Assembly: GCA_019323655.1 (NCBI GenBank)
Contig: JAHWGX010000063.1
Span: 1-43,026 of the forward strand
Direction of reading: 5' to 3'
DNA length: 43,026 nucleotides
Source of the DNA: Candidatus Woesearchaeota archaeon
GTDB taxonomy: Archaea > Nanobdellota > Nanobdellia > Woesearchaeales > GW2011-AR4
Made by a program: the position numbers and the translations under genes. The notes beneath the pieces are model-generated. The model saw only the letters and a program-made list of their open reading frames with translations. It was not told the origin of the DNA and did not search any database. Shown piece after piece: positions 35,235 through 42,904 of this stretch. The stretch's first letter is position 1. Every line of letters starts with the position of its first letter.

Positions 35235-35849
35235 TTAATATTCAATACCTTTCCTTGCTTTTATACCTTTCTGCCAGGGGTGCTTTATATTTTTTACGAA
35301 TGAAACATAGTCTGCTTTCTGGATTATCTCCTCCGGAGCGTCCCTGCCTGTAAAGACAAGCTCAACATTGCCGTGGCTTTCTATTAAATCCGTAACATCC
35401 TTCAGGGATATTAAGCCTTTGTTCAATAGGACATTTATTTCATCCAAAATCACCAGGTCGTATTCCCTGGAGCTTATTATTTTTTTTGCTTGCTGCAAGC
35501 CCTGCATAGCCGCATCCTTTTCCTCGGTATCAGGGTTAAAGACAAATTTGCTTCCCTTATCCTGGAAAGCACTGAGCTTTTGCTGCCTTTCCCTTACAGC
35601 ATCAACGCCAAACTGCATTATTTCAATGCCGGGGAGGTATTTCCTTATTGTATTAAGCTCGCCTGTTTTTGCTGATTTAAGGAACTGTATCAAGCATGTC
35701 CTGAGGTTGCTTCCAAGAGCCCTTACAGAAAGGCCTAATGAAGAGGTGGTTTTTCCCCTGCCGTTGCCTGTTATAACATGAACCATCCCAAGATGCTCCC
35801 GGTTCTCATCCCCCTCGACAACTATCTTTTCATGTATCTTTGTGACCAT
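35235..35849 (-). CDS. cobA: Cob(I)yrinic acid a,c-diamide / cob(I)alamin adenosyltransferase (CobA/BtuR type)
   Basis: The P-loop TGNGRGKTTSSLG, LVILDEIN and the C-terminal KHPWQKGIKARKGIEY are typical of CobA/CobO. Confidence 0.88.
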   Translation of the reverse strand: MVTKIHEKIVVEGDENREHLGMVHVITGNGRGKTTSSLGLSVRALGSNLRTCLIQFLKSAKTGELNTIRKYLPGIEIMQFGVDAVRERQQKLSAFQDKGSKFVFNPDTEEKDAAMQGLQQAKKIISSREYDLVILDEINVLLNKGLISLKDVTDLIESHGNVELVFTGRDAPEEIIQKADYVSFVKNIKHPWQKGIKARKGIEY

Positions 35850-35874
35850 ATTGCACTAGAATGAGGCTATATAT

Positions 35875-37050
35875 TTAATGGTTTTTGAAATATTTTAAGA
35901 AATATCTATCAAAAGATGCCGCCACCCTTTGCCTCAACGTAGGGCGTATTCCCAGTTCTTTCAAGAGCCGTATTCCATCAATCCCGCGTTCAATTTTTTC
36001 TCCATTATCAATTCCCTCGCGGGTAATCTTATAGGATTTAGAATACTCCATTATTCTGTCCCGAATTAGCTCTTTAGTTAAATGCTCGGGGAAACCTGAA
36101 ACTTCTTTAACTGCAAAGCTTCCAAGCACGCTGGCTAAAAAGGCTGTTTCATATATTGTCAGACCATTTGCATATCCTGCTACAAGGCCTGCATCAAAAG
36201 CATCGCCTGCCCCAAGGGAATTGACATAATTTTCTGGTTTTACTGCAGGGACCATTAACCCCACATTTTCTTTTGTATCCAGAATATAACTGCCTTTCTC
36301 TCCTCTTGTTATTACGATTCTTTTTGCACCATAGTTCTCTGCAATTTCTTTAGCAACATGGTATAAGTCACCATCCTCTAGGGTTTTAGTACTGGGGTCG
36401 TCAATCTCTATTCTTTTTTTGTACAGCTCGGTGAGGAAAACAGCCTCTCCTTCATTTATTTTTAAAACATCTAACTGCTTGTAGACTTCTATTGTGTTAT
36501 TAACCACCTCTTCTAGGGCTTCTTCTTCCAACCCCTTCATCTCTTTTATTGTTACTGGCCTAATGTTGTCATCATAAATAACAATGCCCCCGCTTTTCTT
36601 GGCTTCTTTTATTTTTTCCAGAATCCAAGGGGGATTCTGTTCTAATATCGCGCGGGAGTGTATGTAAAGAACAGTTTTATTTTCTTGCAATAAGCCAGAT
36701 ATGTCCCCATAAGGAGCTTTCATTACAGCGTCTGCGTTTTTTAATCGGGTTATTACTGGCGCTTGTGGTTTAGTGACATCAATTCCATAGGTTCTGGATT
36801 CACCCTCTACCGCTACTATATGCGATTTATTTATACCTAGTTCATCCAGCTTTTCTTTAAGCTTGCCAGCATACATATCATTGCCCATTTTAGAAACAGG
36901 GGTTATCCTATTGGGATCGTCCAAGAACTTTGCCAAGTATCCACTTACATTACCTATTGCGCCAGGAAATGGGCCTTTAGTTCCTTCTTGGTTTACTATA
37001 AAGTCTGCTGTTATGTTGCCAATAAGAACAAGATAATAATTTTGTTCCAT
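35875..37050 (-). CDS. PfkB-family carbohydrate/nucleoside kinase with ~70-aa C-terminal extension
   Basis: It has YDDNIRP and the GAGDAFDAG anion-hole motif. Substrate cannot be assigned by eye. Confidence 0.8.
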   Translation of the reverse strand: MEQNYYLVLIGNITADFIVNQEGTKGPFPGAIGNVSGYLAKFLDDPNRITPVSKMGNDMYAGKLKEKLDELGINKSHIVAVEGESRTYGIDVTKPQAPVITRLKNADAVMKAPYGDISGLLQENKTVLYIHSRAILEQNPPWILEKIKEAKKSGGIVIYDDNIRPVTIKEMKGLEEEALEEVVNNTIEVYKQLDVLKINEGEAVFLTELYKKRIEIDDPSTKTLEDGDLYHVAKEIAENYGAKRIVITRGEKGSYILDTKENVGLMVPAVKPENYVNSLGAGDAFDAGLVAGYANGLTIYETAFLASVLGSFAVKEVSGFPEHLTKELIRDRIMEYSKSYKITREGIDNGEKIERGIDGIRLLKELGIRPTLRQRVAASFDRYFLKYFKNH

Positions 37051-37204
37051 GGAATTTTGAATAGGAAACAGCTTTAAAAATCTTTCTATTTTTGACTACT
37101 TTTTAGTAGTTATTTAGTGCCTTGCTGGATTCTAAAACAAATAAACGAGTTTATTAAAATCTAAAGAAATATTACCAAATTGGCATAAAATCTTCTTATA
37201 GAAA

Positions 37205-37615
37205 TCAAACAAACTTCTTAATCTTTTCCTGAACGGATTTCATTTCCTTGTCTGTGTATTTCTTATGGGACCATGCTATTCTCAGCCTGTCCCCCTCAAA
37301 CCTGGGTATTACATGGAAGTGGGCATGGCTTACAAGCTGGCCTGCCGCTTTGCCGTTGTTCATAATAATATTGTAGCTGCCATTGCCTATTGACAATGAC
37401 AATGCTCTTGTTATTCTTTTTGCTACTTGAATCATGCCTGCAAGAAGGTCATCCGGAATCTCAAGCAAGGTTTCGTAATGCTTTTTTGGAGCAACAAGGC
37501 AGTGCCCTTTGTTGGCCGGCAGAATATCAAGAAAGCTTATTACAGCATCATCTTCATAAACTTTTGCTGAAGGTATTTCCCCATTAACTATTTTACAGAA
37601 AATGCAGTCTTCCAT
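37205..37615 (-). CDS. HIT-family (histidine triad) nucleotide hydrolase/transferase
   Basis: MEDCIFCKIVNGEIP...HAHFHVIPR is a histidine triad. The track ORF extends to 37756 but that part overlaps tRNA-Ala. An alternative ATG lies at 37636. Confidence 0.88.
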   Translation of the reverse strand: MEDCIFCKIVNGEIPSAKVYEDDAVISFLDILPANKGHCLVAPKKHYETLLEIPDDLLAGMIQVAKRITRALSLSIGNGSYNIIMNNGKAAGQLVSHAHFHVIPRFEGDRLRIAWSHKKYTDKEMKSVQEKIKKFV

Positions 37616-37679
37616 TTTTTTCCTCTTTTTTTTCATTTTTGGGAAAATAATCCTATTTTTAAGGGTTTTTATTTTGAAA

Positions 37680-37788
37680 TGGACCGGCCGGGATTTGAAT
37701 TTCCGTGCAAAAAATCTCTCCTGACTTTCAGCATCCCGGAGTCTTTCCCTAGCCAAGGGAACACGATACCAGATTTCGCCACCGGCCC
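37680..37788 (-). tRNA. tRNA-Ala (anticodon GGC) with ~35-nt non-canonical intron in the T-arm
   Basis: The reverse complement reads GGGCCGG-TG-GCGA-AATCTGGTA-TCGT-G-TTCCC-TTGGCTA-GGGAA-AGACT-CCGGG-[35 nt, about 37701-37735]-TTCAAAT-CCCGG-CCGGTCC-A. The G3:U70 pair and A73 are alanine identity elements. Position 37 is T, which is unusual. Confidence 0.8.
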
Positions 37789-37936
37789 ATGCAACTTAGG
37801 GATTTATGCTAGTTTAAAAACATTATTAATTAATCGTCAAAGTACAATAAAATATAATTGTTGAAACAATGTCATCCATAAATTAATTAGCGACATAAGT
37901 AATTGGTCAATTAAGTTGTATTATGCCCTATTTTTT

Positions 37937-38097
37937 AATCTGCTCTGCAAGTCTAGTGCGGGGCGTCGCTCTTCGTGCATATCGCTCCGCCCCGCCTATT
38001 TATTGTTTACAGATCTGAGGCAAAAATTTCTTGGCAGGAAAAATTTTTGCCGAAACTAAATTTTGCCGCGAAGCGGCAGATTGAATTTTGTCCTAAA
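37937..38097 (+). repeat. GC-rich hairpin element, copy 2 (with 73-nt insertion)
   Basis: AATCTGCTCTGCAAGTCTAGT, then GCGGGGCG (37958-65), a 22-nt loop, CGCCCCGC (37988-95) and CTATTTATT. An insertion carrying two perfect hairpins (38019-38051, 38064-38078) follows, then ATTGAATTTTGTCCTAAA. Confidence 0.5.
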
Positions 38098-38156
38098 GCT
38101 AATATATTCTATTAGATTACAAAATAATTATAAACAAAATAGCATTTTCCGGAAAA

Positions 38157-40082
38157 ATGGCAAAAGAGCTCAAAGAGATTCTGTTTCCCCATGAAAAAAT
38201 ACGCAAGACTCAGGATGCTATGATTTCTGATGTGCATGACGCGATAAAAAACAAAAAAAACATCATAGTTCACGCTCCTACCGGAATTGGGAAGACTGTT
38301 TCTGTGCTGGCTCCTGCGTTAAGTTATGCCATAGGCAAAGACGTTTCAATTTTCTTTTTGACATCAAAACATACCCAGCATAAGATAGCGATAGAAACCC
38401 TAAAGCAGATAAAGAAAAAATATGCTCGGAAACCAACAGACAAACTTGACTCGGTTTCCGGCACCAACCTCGTTGGCAATAACGAGTTTAATGCTGCAGA
38501 CATCATAGGCAAGAAATGGATGTGCCTGCAGGGTGTTGAGGCTCTGAATTCCGGTGATTTTGCTGATTACTGCAAAAAGCTAAGGGATGAAAACAAATGC
38601 GAGTTTTGCCTGAATACAATCAAAAAATCAAGAATGCCTACAGTTCTGGCGGAAAACAGCCTGAATGAGCTTAAGGTTTCAGGGCCAATGCATGTTGAGG
38701 AGCTAGTGGAAATATGCAGGAAAGCAAAGCTGTGCCCTTATGAAATGGCTTCGATGCTGGCTAAAGAATCAAAGGCGGTTATTGCAGACTACAATTATAT
38801 TTTTAATAGTGACATAAGAGACAGCTTTTTTTCCAAAGCAAACAAAAAACTGGAGAATTCCATAATCATAATTGACGAAGGGCATAACCTGCCTGCAAGG
38901 GCCCGCGAACTGCTTACTGCAAAATTATCTTCTTTTATTCTGGACATGGCAATTAAGGAAGCAAACAAGCTTGAGCTTTTTAATGCTCTTGTTGCCTTAA
39001 AAAAAATTAAGGAAGTTTTTGACGAGATGGGCTTTGGCCTGGATTTTAACAGAGAGGAAAAGCTTGTAAGGAAGCACGAGTTTGTGGATAAGGTAAATGA
39101 AAGGCAAAGTTATGACAACACTATTGCAGAGCTTAGTTTTGCAGGAGACCTGGTGAGGGAAAAGCAGAAGCAAAGCTATGTTGGAAGCGTTGGAAAATTT
39201 CTTGAGGCGTGGCTCAACCAGGACAATGGCTTTGCAAGGATACTTACAAAAAATTTTAGCAATGGAAATTTAACTTTGAGCTACAGATGTTTGGATCCTT
39301 CATTAATTACAAGAGAGGTTATAACAAGGAGCTATTCAACAATAATTATGTCAGGCACTTTGACGCCTACTGCAATGTACAAGGATATTCTGGGTTTTGA
39401 AGAGGCTGTTGAGAGAGCTTATGAAAACCCCTTTCCCAAGGGCAACAGGCTGTGCCTGATAATTCCAGAAACTACAACAAAGTTTACAAGAAGGGGCAAT
39501 GAGGAGTACAATAAAATTGCAGAAGTATGCAACAAAATTGTAAATAAAATCCCGGGGAATGCTGCTTTGTTCTTTCCAAGCTATGATTTAAGAGATAAGG
39601 TGTACAAGAACTTTTATGGTTTATGCAAAAGGAAGATGCTCATAGAAAAGCAAAATTTAGGCAAAAAGGAAAAGGAAAAAATACTGGATGAGTTTAAGAA
39701 GCATAAAGACAAAGGCGCTGTTTTGCTTGGCGTATCCACAGGAAATTTTGGAGAGGGCATAGACCTGCCCGGGGATTTCTTGAAAGGTGTCATTATTGTC
39801 GGGCTGCCATTGGAAAAGCCGGATTTGGAAACAAAGGAGCTGATTGACTATTATGAGGAAAAATTCGGGAAAGGATTTGACTACGGCTATATTTTTCCTG
39901 CCATGACAAAATGCCTGCAGAATGCTGGCAGGTGCATAAGAAGCGAGACAGACAAGGGCGTTATAATATTTTTAGATGAGAGGTTTGCATGGAATAATTA
40001 CCTAAGATGCATTCCTGAGGATATGAATTTCAAGATAAGCAAGATGTATGAGGAGAGGATTGAGAGGTTTTTTGGAGGATAG
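38157..40082 (+). CDS. xpd: XPD/Rad3-family ATP-dependent 5'-3' DNA helicase (Fe-S domain)
   Basis: Walker A HAPTGIGKT, DEGHNL, four Cys in the insertion (MCLQ..YCKK..KCEFC..LCPYE), and C-terminal helicase motifs (GNFGEGID, QNAGRCIR). Confidence 0.9.
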   Translation: MAKELKEILFPHEKIRKTQDAMISDVHDAIKNKKNIIVHAPTGIGKTVSVLAPALSYAIGKDVSIFFLTSKHTQHKIAIETLKQIKKKYARKPTDKLDSVSGTNLVGNNEFNAADIIGKKWMCLQGVEALNSGDFADYCKKLRDENKCEFCLNTIKKSRMPTVLAENSLNELKVSGPMHVEELVEICRKAKLCPYEMASMLAKESKAVIADYNYIFNSDIRDSFFSKANKKLENSIIIIDEGHNLPARARELLTAKLSSFILDMAIKEANKLELFNALVALKKIKEVFDEMGFGLDFNREEKLVRKHEFVDKVNERQSYDNTIAELSFAGDLVREKQKQSYVGSVGKFLEAWLNQDNGFARILTKNFSNGNLTLSYRCLDPSLITREVITRSYSTIIMSGTLTPTAMYKDILGFEEAVERAYENPFPKGNRLCLIIPETTTKFTRRGNEEYNKIAEVCNKIVNKIPGNAALFFPSYDLRDKVYKNFYGLCKRKMLIEKQNLGKKEKEKILDEFKKHKDKGAVLLGVSTGNFGEGIDLPGDFLKGVIIVGLPLEKPDLETKELIDYYEEKFGKGFDYGYIFPAMTKCLQNAGRCIRSETDKGVIIFLDERFAWNNYLRCIPEDMNFKISKMYEERIERFFGG

Positions 40083-40183
40083 TTCTATTATTCTTATTTA
40101 CTTAATAGTAGTTACAAATAGAAAGGCTTAAATACTAGTTTGGATTATGCTGCAAAAGTTAATTAGAATTTATAATGTAAAAA

Positions 40184-41059
40184 ATGGAAGCTTTAGTACA
40201 CAGACCTTGGAATGGAAACCCTACAATTGAAGAAATAATAAGAGCCAACTATAGGGAACCTCTTACTCAAGCTAGGAATGTTGTTATAAAGGCAGGCACT
40301 GATGTTTTATTGACTAAAGAAGGCACTTTAGATATGGTGACAATGTCCAGCCTTATAGAGCAAATAGCATACTTAATGAAAAAGGGATACAGAGTTACAT
40401 ATATTACATCAGGAGCTGTTGCAGCTGGAAAGGGGTGCCTTGGAGAAAAAGCAGAAGGAACAGACCCAAGGATTTTGTCTGCTATTGGGCAAGCAAGATT
40501 AATGGAGGTTTATAATGCTTTAATGATAAATTATCTCAGGCAATATGCAGAGCAGGTGCTAGTAGAAAAAGAACATTTCTCAGGCATAAGAAGAAAAGAA
40601 ACAAAACAGTTTTTTGATGAATCTTATGAAAGAGGCGTCTTAGCAATTGTAAACGCGAATGATCCTATATGGCCTAAGGAATTGCCTAATATCCCAAAAC
40701 GTTCTGATAATGACCAGATTGCGCGGTGGGTATATGACTTATTAAATGCAGATTTAGCGATTTATTTGACTTCTGTAGAAGGACTTATGTATAATTTTAG
40801 AGGAGAAAACGAGAGAAAAATTGATTTGGCATTAGGTATATCTCATCGTACTTATGATCTTGTTGGAGAGTTTAATTCAGCAGGGGGCACTGGTGGAATG
40901 AGATCAAAATTAAAAAGGATTAAGGCAATATTAGAAGAAAAAAATGGTCAAGCAGTAATTGCAGATGGAAAAAAGCCGAATGTAATTCTCAATATCCTAA
41001 ATGGAGAAAATGAGGGCACTTATTTTGCAAGAGGAAAGAGGCTTAGTGCTTATCTGTAG
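40184..41059 (+). CDS. proB: Glutamate 5-kinase-like amino-acid kinase (no PUA domain)
   Basis: VVIKAGTDVL, ITSGAVAAGKG, NANDP, SDNDQIA, LTSVEGL and GGTGGMRSKL parallel the ProB motifs. Confidence 0.75.
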   Translation: MEALVHRPWNGNPTIEEIIRANYREPLTQARNVVIKAGTDVLLTKEGTLDMVTMSSLIEQIAYLMKKGYRVTYITSGAVAAGKGCLGEKAEGTDPRILSAIGQARLMEVYNALMINYLRQYAEQVLVEKEHFSGIRRKETKQFFDESYERGVLAIVNANDPIWPKELPNIPKRSDNDQIARWVYDLLNADLAIYLTSVEGLMYNFRGENERKIDLALGISHRTYDLVGEFNSAGGTGGMRSKLKRIKAILEEKNGQAVIADGKKPNVILNILNGENEGTYFARGKRLSAYL

Positions 41060-41154
41060 TTATATTAGTTAAGAACCCCTAATTCTTATTACTAATTACT
41101 AAACTAGTATACAAAAACGTAATATTTATATAGGAGTAATGATTTACAGGCAGA

Positions 41155-41559
41155 ATGGTTGTTTTATTTGACAGGTTTAACCTGCCTGAAGATATTTACG
41201 AAGTTATTTTCGCGACAAAACAGCAGATTATTGTAGCCAAGCTGCTGATAGAGATGATAAAGGAAAACAACGGAGAGATAAATAAAACAGAGATGTCTTT
41301 GTTTGCTACAAAGCTGCATGAAGGAAATTTGGTAACGACGCTGATTGACGAGCCTCCGTACAAGGGCAAAAAGGTAAAGATAAGCTACAACAAGCGGCAG
41401 TTTTATGACCGCATTTTGACGCCTATGAAAAGCATGGGCTTGATAGATTACGACCTATATAAAAAAACTTACAGGATAAGCGACAATTTCAACAAGGAGA
41501 TGATAAAAATAGGCCTGTTATGGCTGAAAGAAATGAGAAAGCCTGCAAAAACATCATGA
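41155..41559 (+). CDS. Hypothetical protein (possible winged-helix fold)
   Basis: 134-aa ORF. I recognise no family; the YDRILTPMKSMGLIDYD segment is reminiscent of wHTH wings. Confidence 0.4.
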   Translation: MVVLFDRFNLPEDIYEVIFATKQQIIVAKLLIEMIKENNGEINKTEMSLFATKLHEGNLVTTLIDEPPYKGKKVKISYNKRQFYDRILTPMKSMGLIDYDLYKKTYRISDNFNKEMIKIGLLWLKEMRKPAKTS

Positions 41560-41565
41560 TTTTTT

Positions 41566-41875
41566 AGGCCCCCACGCTCGAATTCTTTTCGAAACCACCC
41601 CAATAAATCAAACCCGGGGGCCGCTTATTTTATCGAAAGCCGTGTTTAGCAAGATAAACACGGAATTCAGGGAAAAAGAGGTGATGCGGGTGGATTAAAT
41701 GGGGGTAGTATTATTTCTAACTATTTGACATGATGGCTGTGCCGGAGCAGAACTGAAGTAAAAATGGGCTATCAGGATAGTGCTTTGTTAATCTGTTTGC
41801 TAACAACACGCACCATTTTGGTTAATATCATTTTTTTATTCTGCCCACCCGCCTCCCCTAAATCAGGCACAGCCT
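41566..41875. ncRNA. Candidate structured RNA (class unassigned; SRP RNA or reduced RNase P RNA are size-compatible guesses)
   Basis: ~310 nt without an ORF of 60 aa or more, noticeably G/C-richer than its surroundings. Helices: GGCCCCC (41567-73)/GGGGGCC (41616-22); CCGTGTTTA (41640-48)/TAAACACGG (41655-63); GAGG..GCGGGTGG (41678-93)/CCACCCGCCTCC (41845-56); GGCTGTGCC (41735-43)/GGCACAGCC (41866-74). Confidence 0.35.
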
Positions 41876-41942
41876 CTTATTCTTAACAAGTTTACTTTGC
41901 AAAAAAATAAAATTTAAAAACAACTAATTATACAGCGAGTTT

Positions 41943-42572
41943 ATGATTGATATAGGCAAGCTGAAAAAAGAGCAGCTGAAGCTGGCAGAAAAAGTAACCT
42001 TAAGTGACGGCTTTAAGAGAATAAAAACAATTGGCGGCGCTGACCAGGCTAGTGTGGGCAGTAAAATAATTTCTTCAATCGCTGTTTGCGATTATAAAAA
42101 TCTGGAGGCTATCGAGGAAAAACATGCAATAGCCGATGCAGCAATCCCTTATATAAGCGGATTTTTGTTTTATAAAGAAGGGCCTGCAATAATAGAAGCT
42201 TTTAATTTGCTGGAGAACAAGCCGGATGTGCTTATTGTAAAGGGAAACGGCATATTGCACCCAAGAAGGATAGGCATGGCAAGCCAGCTTGGTGTTTTGC
42301 TGGATACAGCCACTATAGGAGTTGCAAAGAACCTTATGCTTGGTCAAGTAAGGGAAAAAACAGTTTATGTTGAAAAAGAGGCAAGAGGGTACGAGCTAAT
42401 TACAAGGGAATATGCAAATCCCATTTATATAAGCCCGGGCAATAAAATTTCACTGAAAACAAGCCTTGAAGTGGTGAAAAAGTGCTTAAGGTATCCGCAT
42501 AAGCTGCCAATGCCCCTACATCTGGCGCATAAAAACACAAATAAGGTAAAAAAAGAAATTGCCGATGGTTAG
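41943..42572 (+). CDS. nfi: Endonuclease V (deoxyinosine 3' endonuclease)
   Basis: GGADQA, PYISGFLFYKEGP, GNGILHPRRIGMASQLGV and IGVAK are typical Nfi motifs. Confidence 0.9.
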   Translation: MIDIGKLKKEQLKLAEKVTLSDGFKRIKTIGGADQASVGSKIISSIAVCDYKNLEAIEEKHAIADAAIPYISGFLFYKEGPAIIEAFNLLENKPDVLIVKGNGILHPRRIGMASQLGVLLDTATIGVAKNLMLGQVREKTVYVEKEARGYELITREYANPIYISPGNKISLKTSLEVVKKCLRYPHKLPMPLHLAHKNTNKVKKEIADG

Positions 42573-42610
42573 AAAATATTTTTAAAACCCTGTTGCTTCT
42601 GTGCTTTTGA

Positions 42611-42683
42611 GGGCCCATGGTCTAGCGGCTATGACGTTTCCTTCACAGGGAAAAGGTCCCCAGTTCAAATCTGGGTGGGCCCA
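42611..42683 (+). tRNA. tRNA-Val (anticodon CAC)
   Basis: GGGCCCA-TG-GTCT-AGCGGCTA-TGAC-G-TTTCC-TTCACAG-GGAAA-AGGTC-CCCAG-TTCAAAT-CTGGG-TGGGCCC-A. It folds as a canonical cloverleaf; CCA is not encoded. Confidence 0.93.
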
Positions 42684-42704
42684 TTTACATATTGGATTCT
42701 AAAA

Positions 42705-42857
42705 GGTGTCGGTGCGAAAGCCTAATCCGCGCTTGTGCGGAGCCTTAGCATGCCTCTCAGCTTCGCAACATTTCATATTGCTCAGGTCGCGCATCACAAT
42801 CCTGCGGAGCTTTATGATTTGGCAAATTACGCACAAGCACCGGCTTTCGCACCAACC
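42705..42857. repeat. GC-rich element closed by long inverted repeats (ncRNA or MITE-like candidate)
   Basis: GGTGCGAAAGCC (42711-22) pairs with GGCTTTCGCACC (42842-53), and GCTTGTGCG (42731-39) pairs with CGCACAAGC (42830-38). Together they enclose ~90 nt of G/C-rich sequence immediately 3' of tRNA-Val. Confidence 0.35.
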
Positions 42858-42904
42858 AGAATTCTACAAAAACCTTTAAATACAGACAAGATTGCCCTGT
42901 TTTT

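Noticed and set aside
37616-37756. N-terminal 47-codon extension of the HIT ORF in the six-frame track
   Set aside because: It overlaps the tRNA-Ala gene on the same strand. The HIT family normally starts at the M-x-x-CIFCKI motif found at 37615.
41680-41756. Possible C/D-box sRNA (GTGATGC ... ATGATGG ... CTGA)
   Set aside because: The box spacing does not fit archaeal C/D sRNAs: the guide spacer is 16 nt instead of about 12, and there is no D' box at the expected position.
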